Shown one piece after another: positions 32,452 through 45,126 of a DNA stretch of 64,000 nucleotides (the stretch's first letter is position 1; every line of letters starts with the position of its first letter). The position numbers were made by a program, and so were the translations under genes. This DNA is from Naegleria gruberi (taxonomy: Eukaryota), in the NCBI GenBank assembly GCA_000004985.1, contig GG738854.1. One strand, given 5' to 3'. Under the pieces are notes generated by a model. That model ran no database searches, was not told the origin of the DNA, and was given only the letters and a program-made list of their open reading frames with translations.

Positions 32452-33495
32452 ATGTTCAAACATCAAATCGAAGGAATGATGTGGTGTTTGGCTGTTGGTG
32501 ATGCCTTGGGCATTCCGTTTGAATGCAAAACTTATTCAGAGATTTTAAAAATGCGGGAAAATGCGGAGGAGAAATTGGAAAATCCATATAGGAAGTGTTG
32601 TGGCCATCCGTTCATTCCTGATGATTTTGAACCGGGAATGTATACGGATGATACACAATTGAGTTTGGCCATGTTTCGTGCATTGGAAAGGTATGGACAC
32701 AAGTTGAGTGATCAAGTAGAATTTGAGAAATCATTAATGCCCTTAATAGTTGAGGAACATGTCAAGGAATTTGAAAAATCAATTGTTGGTTGGGGAGGCA
32801 CACGTGATGCTATCAAGAGGTTACAACAGAAAACACATTCGTATAAGGATTCGGGTAATGTTGGAGCTGTTGGAAATGGAGTGATTATGAAGTTGGCTCC
32901 CCTCTTCTTGTTTTATTTCAGAGAATTGAAATTGGATGAATTGACAAGAGAGGAAGCTATAGAAAAGATTGAAAATATTTCAAATGAATGGTTGAATGAC
33001 CAAGTGACTGTAATTACAAAAATGACACATGACACTCAATCATGCATTGTAACCAGTTGCTTAATGATTAGATTTGGAATGTTAATTTTACTATATGGAA
33101 AGGAATTTATCAATTTCAAGAAGGAAATCTTTTCAAATTTATTGAAATATTGTAAAGAATTGGAAATTAATGATATAGCAAAAAGTATTACAACAAGAAT
33201 TCAAACTCTAATTGATAATTTGGATGATTTGAAAGATGACTTGACTCTTGTGAACATTACTAACGGAGGAACGTTTGAAAGTGTGAATAGCTTGATGATG
33301 GTTATTGGAATCGTCATGTCTTTGCAACCAAATCAGAAACCTTTCGAACTGATTGAAAGGGCAGCATATATTGGTGGTGATTGTGATTCTAATGCATCCA
33401 TGGTTGGTGGCTTGATTGGTTCTGTGTTTGGAAAGCAAATTATTCCAGATTCGTATATTAAGCATCTTGTTTTTGATTTTGAAATTTGTGAATAA
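32452..33495 (+). CDS. ADP-ribosylglycohydrolase (ARH) family protein.
   Basis: MMWCLAVGDALGIPFE, GMYTDDTQLSLAMFRALE, IGGDCDSNASMVGGLIGSVFG. ATG after cccaaaaaaaATG. An E2F-like site lies 25 bp upstream. Confidence 0.8.
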   Translation: MFKHQIEGMMWCLAVGDALGIPFECKTYSEILKMRENAEEKLENPYRKCCGHPFIPDDFEPGMYTDDTQLSLAMFRALERYGHKLSDQVEFEKSLMPLIVEEHVKEFEKSIVGWGGTRDAIKRLQQKTHSYKDSGNVGAVGNGVIMKLAPLFLFYFRELKLDELTREEAIEKIENISNEWLNDQVTVITKMTHDTQSCIVTSCLMIRFGMLILLYGKEFINFKKEIFSNLLKYCKELEINDIAKSITTRIQTLIDNLDDLKDDLTLVNITNGGTFESVNSLMMVIGIVMSLQPNQKPFELIERAAYIGGDCDSNASMVGGLIGSVFGKQIIPDSYIKHLVFDFEICE

Positions 33496-33600
33496 ATTAA
33501 ACTTGTCAACAAATTGTAATTCTCATCCACTTCACACATGTCTTCCTAGAATAACAGAAGTACGTTTCGCAAAGTTTAGCTATGCTTATGAAGATTAAAT

Positions 33601-36600
33601 TCAATGTAACGTGCCAGTATCACTGTTGGAATTTTGGTAATTATTAAAATTATGTAATGATTGGAGAGGAATCAATCGGGGGAGATCATCGATTTTTTGA
33701 CATTGTGATTGTAATTCTTCCAATAAATCAATAATTTCAATAAATTCAGGTCTTTGTGAGGAATCCTGAGCCCAACATCTTTCCATGATTTGAACATATG
33801 ATTCTAAAAATCCAATAATTTCACTTTTTCCAAGATTTTCGATATGTTTCTTTGTAAAATTGTGTTCAATCCACTCATCAATTTGTTTTTCACTGAATGA
33901 TTTTGCATGCAACAGTTCTGGCCTGTGTCCTTTTGCAACTCTCATCAATATTTGGAAAACAGTTGTAGAGTTATCAATTTCATTTGAAAATGGTAATATT
34001 TCATATAATAGCTCCCACATTATTACTCCAAATGAATAAACATCCACTTTTGTGCTTTTACCTTTGTGATTATCTGAAAGTAATTCCTATAAAACAAAGT
34101 TCAACAAATCTATTTTCAATAGATACTTACAGGTGCCTATTGTATTTGTTAATGAATTCACAATAAAATACTTCCAAACTTACCATATAGAGTAAAGTTC
34201 CAACATTTGAGGTCATGGTTGCTGAATTGTTTGAAACAATTTTGCTCAATCCAAAATCTCCAACTTTTGCGTTCATAATCTTGTCCAATAAAATGTTCCC
34301 TGGTTTCAAATCTCTGTAATATTTTTGTTTAGGATAGAGTAAAACTCATAACATACCTGTGAATGATTTTGTGAGGTTTGATAGAATGTAAATATATCAA
34401 TCCTTTGGTGATATCAATCAAAATTTTAAGCTTGGTCTCAAATCTCATAATTTCTCTTCCTATTCTTGAGTTATAAATTGCCTTTTCTAGACTTCCATGT
34501 TCCATATATTCAACAACCATATATTTTCCATTGGTTGTGAGCGAAACTCCATAACAACTGACAATACAGGGATGTCTCAATGAGCTCATTAACATTGCTT
34601 CATTCTCAAACTCCTCATCATTTGAATCAGTTTTCAATTGTTTGATGGCAACATCAGTTCGATTCCACTTGGCATGGTAGATCATGCCCATTGCTCCTTC
34701 ACCAACTCTTTTTAGAATATTAATTTCTGATATTGGAATAATGTATTGTTGTCGTTTTTTTTGTGAATTAAGGATTTCCTTAGTATTAGAAGAATCTATT
34801 CCACTGTTAATACTATTTGAAGATATTAGTGGGGTGAATTCACTCTCAAATATAAATTCATTATCTGTAAACTTCCTTTCAATTTCCTTTTCAGCACGTT
34901 CTTGCTTCCTCAATTTCAACAATTTTCTTGTTATGAATATTCCTGCGTATAAAACTGCTCCAAATATAATTAAGAGTGAAATGAAACCTAATATTGCAGA
35001 GGTTAAAATAATTGCTATTGGAGAATATTCACAAATATAACCATTATCAAGCTTGTTTAAAATATAACTGTTTGGGCATGGAAGTATTTTCACTTTGACA
35101 ATTTTCTCAATGTCTGGAGTTACTATGATTGATAGAGAAAATTCTTTGGATATTTGACTTGGAAATATTTGCAAGCTCACTAATATTGTACGATTGTCAA
35201 ATAGATTATTTTGAGAAACAGTTCCATCTTCAATATTCGTTGGTCGAATAATCAACATATTCGGTTCCATCAATGATGAGGCAGTTTGATTGTAAAGATC
35301 TTTCACTAATACATTCATCTTGAATGATTCTCCAGGGTATATTTCAAGTTCATTGCCATTTTCTGTATTTCTTTCAAATTGAACTTCAACAGTTTGCAAA
35401 GGTGTCGCCACATTATTGCCATAGCATAGAGCATTATTTCCAACTATTATTTCGCCATTAACGGTCAACTGAGAGTAAATGCACCCTCCAGCATAAGCTG
35501 CAAGATTATTTTCACAAATTATATTCTTAATATAGGGAGTTACCGTGTTTATCCACATGGCCCCACCATTTTTTGCCGAGTTGTCATTAAAGGTAGAGTC
35601 AGTAAAACGAATTGAGCCAAATAATTTAGTTGTTTCAACATAAATTGCTCCACCTAAATCAGCAGTGTTTTTGGTAAATTGTGAATTTCCAATGTCTAAA
35701 TCTGTTCCATAAAGATAGAGTGTAGATCCTTTGCTTCCACCTGTATTTTCAATAAATTTACAATTTGTAATGGAAAGTGAATAGGACAACATTGTTTGAT
35801 CAAAAAATTCTAATAAAGCAGTGCCTGTTGTGAGTCTATTTTCAATAAACAAGCTATTGCGTATAAGTATTGCGATAATGCTAATAGAAGGATTATCTGT
35901 AAAGGATAAAAACCTTCCCCTATTATTTGAAACTAGACAGTTATTAATTGTTAAGGAGTCAACCATTTGTAATGAAAGCAACGCATTAGAGGCTGTATTA
36001 TTTTTAAAGGAACTGTTTGAAATTAGTATTCCAGAAATGCCAATCATTTGAAAGAGCATGTAATATTCAGTGTTTTCAATAGTTACTCCATTCAATTCAA
36101 TATTATCCAATGATATGAATAAAGCATTTGATAATACAGTAGAATTGATAATTGAAACTCTATTTCCAAGATTGAATTTCGAGATGGTCAGTAAGGAGCT
36201 TAATTTTGAGGTCCAAATAGAATTACCAATAGTAAATGTCTCAAAATTATCCATGTGAAAAACTCCATTAATTCTGCAATTATTAAATAGAACTGTTTTA
36301 GAATTTTTCAAATTAATAATTACTTCCATATTAGTGTTGAAAACGAATAGGTTTAATACTCCCACAATACTGAAATAATAATAAAAATTACAATCAATAA
36401 TCTCCAATTTTCGAATTTCCGAATGCATGACGACTGCATCTCTTGTTGTGCAATTTAACAATTTGAAATGTTCAATTCCATTATATAGTAAGAATTCCCC
36501 ACCAATGAATCCAAACTCTATTGTAAATGCATCAATAATTGCGTATGCCTGTAAATTGCCACGAGTAGTGAACAATTGCTTGTCCTTTCCTTTCCATATC

Positions 36601-37040
36601 ATTTCGAATCGATTTGCGTATTTGGAAAAATCGAAATTTGTTTCATAGCTTCGCATAAGTCCATTAATTACAATCACCATTGTGAAATTATCCAATTTTT
36701 TACCTTGATTAATTATTTCTGCCAATTCATTGTTTGCTGCTTTTACAATTTGACTCGGAGAGGAACATGGTTGATGCTCATCCCTACACGTTGCATTCAA
36801 ATCATCAACATTAGGAAATTCAGAATCTAAATAATAAATAGCTGAATATGATGATGAATTAATTGTATTGTTGGCCATTACATATTGATGATGCTCTTGT
36901 TCTTGTGGTTGGAGTACTACTACTAATTCATTATTAGCTAATATCGACTCGGACTTTGTTATTATCATCATTATCATCATCATAATAATTAAAAGCCTAA
37001 TAAATCTAAGAACCTCCGAAGAGGTGGTTATCTTGTGCAT
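33601..37040 (-). CDS. Receptor-like TKL kinase with a Pmp-like beta-helix ectodomain. Exons: 37040..34357, 34313..34184, probable 6-nt micro-exon 34136..34131, and 34086..33601.
   Basis: Signal peptide MHKITTSSEVLRFIRLLIIMMMIMMIITKS. Ectodomain repeats: GGAIYVET, GGAMWINT, GGCIYSQ. TM: IAIILTSAILGFISLLIIFGAVLYAGIFI. Kinase: VGEGAMGMIYHAKW...VAIK, HR|DLKPGNILLD (intron 34314..34356, 43 nt), DFGLSKI, GTLLYM|AP|ELL, DVYSFGVIMWE. Confidence 0.8.
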
Positions 37041-37328
37041 TTTGTTTTTCAATTTTTGAATTTGATTATCCGTCGGAAGCCTTCATATTCTCTTTCTCTC
37101 TCTAGCTGTGTATTAAGATGGATTCAATAGATTGTCTGATAATTTCTTGAAGTTATCTTAAATTGTAATAGAATTTGTGCTTATTGAAATTTTTATTTTT
37201 TAATTTTATTTGATGATTCGGAAAGTTTTTTTAAAAAAAACTTGCTGCTTTAATTATTATTGAATCCTTAATTAGCCTTGAAAACTTTGAAAGTTCTCCT
37301 GTCAGAGCATGTCAACCCATCAAAAAAA

Positions 37329-37802
37329 ATGTCACAAGATAAAGAAGACTCTCTCACTGCATGGTTGAACAATATTGTTGTTGCTCTAGGTGAAGAAGAT
37401 ATAAGCAATATTAATCTTTTGCCTGTCACTGTCAGTGAGACATCAACAAACCAAACAGTTCCTGCAGGTGATAAGAAGGTTAGAAAGCGAAAGGAAACTA
37501 AACAACTACCATTCCCAAATATTCAATCAACAGACATTTCTGATGGACTTGTTTCCACTAACAGGCGAGTTTCGAATAATAACAAGTCGAGCAGCAAGGA
37601 CCAACAACAAATAGATTTGTTAAAGATTGGAAAGGGTTTCGTTCAACACACCACTTGGACTACTTCATCTGTTCTCCATGGGAAGAGAAAAGAAACTCTA
37701 GAAAATATTAGAAACTCAAAGAAGAAGAAGAAAGAAACAGTTGACCCACACGAGACGACCAAGATCTGCAATGCAAATGTGGCTCGCACATTGCATCAGT
37801 AG
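37329..37802 (+). CDS. Small basic hypothetical protein.
   Basis: ORF starting at ATG after caaaaaaaa. Lys/Ser-rich. No recognisable domain. Confidence 0.4.
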   Translation: MSQDKEDSLTAWLNNIVVALGEEDISNINLLPVTVSETSTNQTVPAGDKKVRKRKETKQLPFPNIQSTDISDGLVSTNRRVSNNNKSSSKDQQQIDLLKIGKGFVQHTTWTTSSVLHGKRKETLENIRNSKKKKKETVDPHETTKICNANVARTLHQ

Positions 37803-37914
37803 TTTGACCCACTCGTTAGCGTCTTAACTATTCCAAATTTGTAAAATTAAAGGTTTCTAATAGAAATTTATTTCAAATTTAATTTTAAAAAATATTTTGC
37901 AATTTTAAAAAAAA

Positions 37915-39213
37915 ATGAATAATAATCAAAGATTTGATGTTTTGATTCTCTCCACCATTTTTTCATTTCTTCCCGCCAAAAATTATTTACTGAAAATTTG
38001 TCTTGTTTGTCGAGATTGGAATTTTTCAAATTCTTGTAAAATTAATAATCATGAGAATAATAACGATCAGAATTATCCTCTTCCGATGGTTGCACTTGAT
38101 TTATCCAACCGTAAGATTTTTGATGAAAAATTAGTAAAATTACTTGATGAGCAATTGGATCGGTATGATTGGAGAAATTTGAGAATATTAAATTTGGAGA
38201 AGAATCTTATTGAACGTATTGGTTGTTTGATGGAGACAGGGAGATCGTTGCAATTGAGTAATTTGAGAGTTTTAAATTTGAATGAAAATCAAATTGATGA
38301 GGAGTGTAGTTTGTTGTGTTGTGGTGTGGAAAATTTTATCAATTTGAAGGAATTATATTTGAGAACGAATTTTATTAGAAATATTGTTGTGAGAACGCAA
38401 TTTCCTGCTTTGGAAACGTTGGATTTGAGTGGTAATTGTATTGGAAATCAGGGAGTTGTTTCTTTATTGAAGGATGGTCTTGAAAATTTCCCAAACTTGC
38501 GAAAATTAGTGCTTTCTAATGTGGATATGAAGAGTTTGGATCCATTGCTCATGAATTGCCACAATTGCCCAAAATTGAAATGTTTAGATTTTAGTAATAA
38601 TTTTATTTATAACTCACAAACGATTCATTATAAGCATTTTAATTTTCCATTATTGGATGAGCTATATTGCTCAGCAGTTAATTCTACAGCTCGTTTACAA
38701 GAATTAATTGTGGAAAAATCACTTGATTCCTCCCTCACAACACTTGATTTATCACAATGTTATGTTGGAGAAGTTTTTTTGAAAGCTCTTTCTTTGGGAG
38801 AATTCAAGAAATTGACTAAACTCTTACTATCTAATAATGAAATTGGAAATGAGGAAGTTCTGCTATTGGGAAAACTTGACATGCCGAATCTAGTTCATCT
38901 CAATCTTGATGATAACCTAATTGGATTGGAAGGCGCTAACATCATTTCCAATTTTACTAATTTTCCTCAATTAGAATTTCTTTCCTGTAGAAAATATCCC
39001 GCAACAAAACACAAAACATTTGAAAGTTATTCATTGAATAATTTTCTTGAGGATTGCAGGGAGGAATTGGGAGAGGAATTAGAGGAGGAAGAAGAAGATT
39101 GTGAAGAGGATTATTATGGAGGTTTACGTAATTCGAAAGGAAAGGAAATTAGTTTTGTATCGTCGTTTGTTAGCTTTACTTGGACAAAAAGTGATTATGT
39201 CTATGTCTATTAA
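37915..39213 (+). CDS. F-box-like / RNI-type leucine-rich-repeat protein.
   Basis: N-terminal FDVLILSTIFSFLPAKNYLLKICLVCRDWNF. LRRs: LRILNLEKNLIERIG, LRVLNLNENQIDEE, LETLDLSGNCIGNQGVVSL, LRKLVLSNVDMKSL. Acidic C-terminal tail. Confidence 0.75.
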   Translation: MNNNQRFDVLILSTIFSFLPAKNYLLKICLVCRDWNFSNSCKINNHENNNDQNYPLPMVALDLSNRKIFDEKLVKLLDEQLDRYDWRNLRILNLEKNLIERIGCLMETGRSLQLSNLRVLNLNENQIDEECSLLCCGVENFINLKELYLRTNFIRNIVVRTQFPALETLDLSGNCIGNQGVVSLLKDGLENFPNLRKLVLSNVDMKSLDPLLMNCHNCPKLKCLDFSNNFIYNSQTIHYKHFNFPLLDELYCSAVNSTARLQELIVEKSLDSSLTTLDLSQCYVGEVFLKALSLGEFKKLTKLLLSNNEIGNEEVLLLGKLDMPNLVHLNLDDNLIGLEGANIISNFTNFPQLEFLSCRKYPATKHKTFESYSLNNFLEDCREELGEELEEEEEDCEEDYYGGLRNSKGKEISFVSSFVSFTWTKSDYVYVY

Positions 39214-39290
39214 TGGTTTAGAATAGCAACTGACTGCTATTTTGGTTTGTTTATTCCATCAAATAAACCGACATTTGACTTTAAAAAAAA

Positions 39291-39895
39291 TGAGACAAGA
39301 CAAGATAACATTCAACCCAGATAATTATTGTCTCATCTATGAAGAGGTAATGACATGCCAAGAAACAAGAAATATCTTTAAAGAATTCTTGAAGGAAAAC
39401 ATGGCGGAAGAACCACTTCTTTATTTGGACGAATGTGAAAAGTATAAAGTGGAATATGCCAAGTTGAAAGAGAAATTTAACGGTTTATCTTTGATGGTTA
39501 AAAGAAGTAGTAGTGTAGGAAATGTTTCTGATTTGGGAAACGAGACAAGTGGCAAGGAATGGGATAAAAATCAGTTGACTAAATTATTTGTGAATTTAAA
39601 AGGAATTATTGATGAGTTTATTGTGGAAGAGGCAACTAAGGAGTTGAATTTGTCGGTTAGGAAGTGGACGATAATGGAATGGCAGATAATAGAAGCAATG
39701 ATGAACGGATTCGAACAGGATTCGTCCAATTTTGAACTTTCGAATAATTTGTATAGGAAACTGGATATTAATGTGCTGTTTGAAAAGGTAGATTTAGTGG
39801 TTATGATAGATTTGAAAATGGATCAATTTCCTCGATTTATTCGTTCAAATTTAGCTCGAAAATTTCTATTAGAAAAGGGAGAACATTTCACATGA
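39291..39895 (+). CDS. RGS-domain protein, copy 1. The ORF ends at a TGA that falls at a conserved Arg position when compared with the paralogue at about 56.7-58.3 kb. Homologous sequence continues in frame, and across a 41-nt GTATGT...TTTTAG intron, out to 40296.
   Basis: RGS block: YEEVMTCQETRNIFKEFLKENMAEEPLLYLDECEKYKVEY. Downstream of the TGA the same frame reads TVAIDISKGFKVDLRFKPKDLKDKEINDNHIYFG. That aligns with paralogue RSIAIDVSRGFHVDIRFLPKDLSKNFIYDKDIFFG. The terminal block ELNFRKCLEENCVKYPNRSWYKEWLALKQNPTQF* aligns with LKELVEENLKAHPQKSWYRDYLSLFHNKSL*. Confidence 0.6.
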
Positions 39896-40339
39896 ACTGT
39901 GGCAATCGATATTTCGAAAGGTTTCAAAGTTGATTTGAGATTTAAACCAAAAGATTTGAAAGATAAGGAAATTAATGACAATCACATTTATTTTGGTATG
40001 TTAAATTGCAAAATTTTCATTGTTAACCATTTTTAGGATTAACCATCGTTAACATTCCAATATTTTCGTCATTCTTTTACAAACAAATGGCGATGAAAAG
40101 GACGAAAAGTATAAGGAAATCAATGATGAAAGAATTGGATCGATTAACAGATTATGGACGAAAGAAAATGGATACTAGTTCATTTGTGGATGAATTGAAT
40201 TTTAGAAAGTGTTTGGAAGAAAATTGTGTGAAATATCCGAATCGATCATGGTATAAGGAGTGGCTGGCTCTAAAACAAAATCCAACTCAATTTTAAAGAA
40301 TTCCAATTTACAGAAAACTTAACATTTTGAAGTGTTATT

Positions 40340-43300
40340 TTAATTCATAAGAATGGAAGAACACTTATTGAGCTTGTCACAAATTTCTGCAAATGAAGGT
40401 CTTTCAACGTCCTTGTCCCAACATTTTGTCATTATTTCACACAACTCTTTCACAACAAGGGCAAGCTTCATCTCTGAATTACGAGAAGATCCAAAAATTC
40501 CTCCCTTCTCATTTTCCATCAAAAAGGAATTGACATATTCCTTCAATAAAGGATCCAATTGTTGATATCTTCTTGAAGATGAACTAATGTGATCACTGCC
40601 AGTACCTTGGAAGGAGAAATTCTTCTTGATTCTAAATGGAATTATTGGTCTCAATCCATTCACAATCTCTGTTGTAATTGAAATCATGTTAAAGTTAGGC
40701 AAGGTAATAGAATCAATTTGCTCAATATCAATGTTTGATTTCACGAGAGGAGAGTCATTTCTAAGTGGTTCCTTTTCCAATTCCACATCATCAATATTAC
40801 TATCTTCATCCAAATTAATTGGTTCGTAAGGTTTCACATTAATAAGATTCTTGTGCTTGACCATAAAATTCTTCATGGCTTCAAAACTTTCGGGACTGTA
40901 GGCACGTTCTTCAAAGAGCAATTCCCACATGATAATACCAAATGAGTAACTGTCACACTTTTCTGAATAGTCCTGACCTAAAATGAGCTCTGGAGGCATG
41001 TAAACTGGTGTGCCGATGGCTGATGTGAGTACACTTGCAGAGTCTTGAGTAAATTCTCTTCCTAATCCAAAATCACAAATCTTGGCAACATTATTTTCAG
41101 AGATGAGAATATTTTCAGGTTTGAGATCTCTGTGAATCAATGGTGGATCTAAACTATGCAAATATTTCATACCATACGCAACATCTAACAAGTAATTGAG
41201 CTTTGTTGCCAGGTTGAGTGGGGTCTTTTTCTTTTTCGAGTCGTGAATCTTCTTTCTCAATGTACCTCCACTCAAATATTCAATGACAATGAACCGATCA
41301 CTTGGTGTAATTGCAATTCCATAGAAAGTAACAATATTTGGGAATCTGAGAGTACTGAGAATATAAGCTTCCTTTTCAAAAGTAGAGTTGATTGTGTCTG
41401 TTTCTGCTTGATTGTCTTCATCATATTGAGTAATGTCAATATTAATTCTCTTGACAGCTACAGTGTTATTCATCCATTTAGCTAAAAATATTACTGATTC
41501 ACCACCTTGGCCAATTCTTTCAACAATTTGCAGGTCTTCAGGTTTGATAATCCAACTCTTATCTTGATTGAAGGAGCTATTTCCTGCTGTATCATCGTGC
41601 AAACTGTGTTTGGAAGAAATAAGTTGATATTGGAGTAATCTCTTGTGTAAATCTTCTTCTGCTTGTTCTCTCTTCTTTAATTCTTTGAGTTTCTTTTTGA
41701 AGAAGTACAAACATAATGTGGTTAATAAAATGATAAAGGTCAAACCAAGGGCAACAATAACACCGAGTGAAATGAGTAATGCATTTTGAACTGCTGAATT
41801 GAAAATACATGCCTGATCATCTACACTGTAATCAAAACTGAAAGGACAATTTGGTTCAAGGTTGACTGGGAAGTAAAATTGTTGAATAACATTCTTACAT
41901 TTAAAGTAAAGAATTAAGGTTTGATTGAGTTGTCCTTTCACTTGTACGTTACTGAAAATAGCTGTATCATTTGAGAAGGTTGTAGAAACGTGATTCTTGT
42001 AGTCTTCTGTGTTGTTAATATTAGTTGTGAAAACCAAATCAATATCTGCATTCTTGATGCTTTCCATTCTTTCATTGAACAAGTCAAACGAATCCAAGGT
42101 TATTTTCACAAATTGACCTGCATATAAATTAAAACCAGTGTACTTTTTCAAGAGAAGAGACTTGAATATACTAAGAGGAAAATCGTACGGAGTATCCTTT
42201 GGTTCCCATCCATTACTAGAAAGAGCAAAATACTTTGGATCAGAGGCATAATTGTCTCCATAAAGTTCAGCATAATTATCGTCAAAAAAAGCAGTCTTGA
42301 ATTGGCTGGCAATACGCATACTGGTTGTTCCTACGAGAAATACAGCACCTCCAGAGTTTTCTGCTCTATTGTGAAGGAAATTAATATTGCTAAATTGGAA
42401 TTTTGAATTTGGATAATCAATGTTATACAAGTACATTGCTCCACCATTGTCTGCCTTGTTATAGCTCAGAGTGATATTAGAAACTGTAGTAGAAACAGAT
42501 GAAGGAGTGAAGAGAATTGCACCTCCCATTCCTTCTTTCACTGGATTGTGGACAATTCTATTGTACTGAAATAAGGAATCTTGGATATTCAAATTAGTTA
42601 AACCATAGGCAAATACAGCACCTCCTCCTGGAGCTTGCTCAGAGTAGGCCTCTTCAGGTTTGTAAATAATTACATTTTGACTAAATTTAGAACTTCTCAC
42701 ATCCAATAAATCTCCTCTCGACACGTAAATTGCAGAACCACGAATACTGGCAACATTACCTTCAAAAGAGGAATCCTTCAAAATGAGCGAACTCCTTCTC
42801 TCTCCATAAATACCGCCAGCTCTTCCTTGTCGTGCTAGTCCATAGTTGAAGCTACTTCTCTCCACAAATGAGTATGTACTTGATTTGAGATAGAGAGCAC
42901 CTCCATATCCATCACAGGTACTGTTAAATAGAGTTGAATCGTTCAGGAAAAATTTTCCCTTCTCAATAAAAATAGCTCCTCCATCGTACTTGGAATAACA
43001 TTTAGAGAATGTGGAATAGGTAATACTTGAATAAGGAATATCCAAATACAAACATCCACCAGAATCTTGACTTGTTGCTGTTTCGAATTTTGAAGTTGTA
43101 ATTGATACAGATCCACTCTCAGAAGTGACATAGATAAAACCACCAAATGAAGAGAGGGCAGTATTGTAACCATCAGAAAATGTGGAGCGTACCAATGTGA
43201 AAACTCTATCAGTAACTCGTTCGCTTTGATCTGAAATGTAGATTGATCCTCCATGTCTCAAAGCAGTATTTCCCTTAAAATTACAACGTAAAACACTCAA

Positions 43301-44928
43301 CTTCAATGTGTTTGAATTAATGGCTGCTCCAAACTGGGCACTATTATTAATAAACTGTGAATCAATAACCTTCAAACTGTCTGATGCTATCTCTGAAAAT
43401 TGTTGCAAGTCCAAATAACGAACTGCAGATGCACTGCTCGTTCCCTCAAAAACACATCCAATAATGGATCCATTCCTCACATTTTGTAAGAAGAGAGCTC
43501 CACCATCATTGTCCAAAAATTTTGTACCAACCACAGATGTAGCTTGTGAATCAGCAATAGCAAGAACAGGTAACGTGCCCATATTACTATTTTCCATAAA
43601 GGCAGAGTTTGCAACCAACACAATGTAATAATTTTGAATGGAAACAAAGTGACAGGTTGTGTAACTGAATTGAACATTGGTAATAAAAGCACTAGTACCT
43701 GTCAATGACTCACTACTCTTAACTTGTAAACTTCCAGTAGCATTAAAGTTGGTATCAGAGATTTTAACTTTGGAACACGTTGCACAAGTCATGGCACCAA
43801 CACTGTAACACTGACTTCCAGTGCAATTTGTTGCAAAATTGCTCTTCTCAATTGTGAACTGTCTAGCTGTGTGTCCAAAGATGAAATAGTGTTTTGGTGA
43901 TGTGGATGTGCACTTTTGAGTTGAGGCACCAAGATCTTTACTTTCATCCAAACCAATTGTTACATAACTGGATGCAACATTGAGTGTAAAGGAAACATTT
44001 CTGAATAAAGCTTCACAATTATTATCCAATTCAAAATCAATATATGATTCAGATGGTCCTAAATTCCTCACCACTTGCAAATTTTCATAAAAACAAGTGC
44101 CACCTGAACATTCAACATAAGAATCGACCAGTTTAGAATTTCTAATGACAATATCTGGTTGCCAAGTTGCCGAAAACACATCAAACATTCGATTCAACTT
44201 GTTCATCTCCACCTCTTCAAATATAACTCTTGTTGTGTAAATACTCGAAACATAATCATTCTCTACTGCAATCACAGCATTAACATCCCAATTTACAAAG
44301 GCAATATTGGTGAATGATATTTCCATTTTGAAAGGATTGATTCGTATAAAGGGAGAATAATCAGCACATGAAATGAAAGTCTTTGACAATCCATAAAAGT
44401 TGGCAATAATCTTGCTTTGGATAGCCTCTGAATTGTTATAGTATGGCAAGTCAATTGCACAATTATTACTACCATCACTCACATCTATATTATTCAATAA
44501 ATAAATATTTAATTCTTGTTCTTCCGCTATTATTACATGATAATAATTATAATAGTATTATTAGTATTAATTTACATATGATGATGATTATTATTAATTT
44601 ACATGATGATCATTAATTTACATTGAAAATCAACAAAATTACTATTCGCATATATAAAAACAAACTACCTACCTGTACTAGTCGTATTGAACAGCACACT
44701 CCACCTCTCCAGTACATATTTTAGTGAGTTACATGGCTGAGAAGGGGTAGAACAGGGAAAGAAGTTATTGTTACTGCTGCTACTAGCCTTCGGATCAATG
44801 TAGACACTACTCATTATCTTGGCAATTGTGGTGTTGATGGTCAAAATGTTGAGAAACGATAGCACCACGAGGATAGAAATCAATCGCCACACCTCATGAT
44901 CCCTTCGGGTCATCATTGAATGTCTCAT
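40340..44928 (-). CDS. Receptor-like TKL kinase of about 1460 aa with a Pmp-like beta-helix ectodomain. Exons: 44928..44673 (signal-peptide exon) and 44484..40340.
   Basis: Exon 1: MRHSMMTRRDHEVWRLISILVVLSFLNILTI...NTTST. The 188-nt intron is 44485..44672 (GTAGGT...ATATAG). Ectodomain repeats: GGALFLQNVRNGS, HGGSIYISD, DGGAIFIEKG, YGGALYLKSS, GGGAVFAYG, GGAILFTPS, NGGAMYLYN, SGGAVFLVG. TM: ALLISLGVIVALGLTFIILLTTLCLYFF. Kinase: IGQGGESVIFLAKW...VAVK, HRDLKPENILIS, DFGLGREF, GTPVYMPPE. Confidence 0.85.
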
Positions 44929-45126
44929 CCACACAAACTATGGTAATTGTTGGAGTTGGAGGAGGTTTTTTATTCTTCTTGCGTACGATATTATCATTAC
45001 GATGACCAAGTAGTAACATCCACTCAATATTGGAAGTAAACATTGACATGTGAAAATACATTTGATACTTGTCAGCAATATTGAAAATTGCATTGTAATA
45101 GGTATTATGAATATTTACATAATAAT

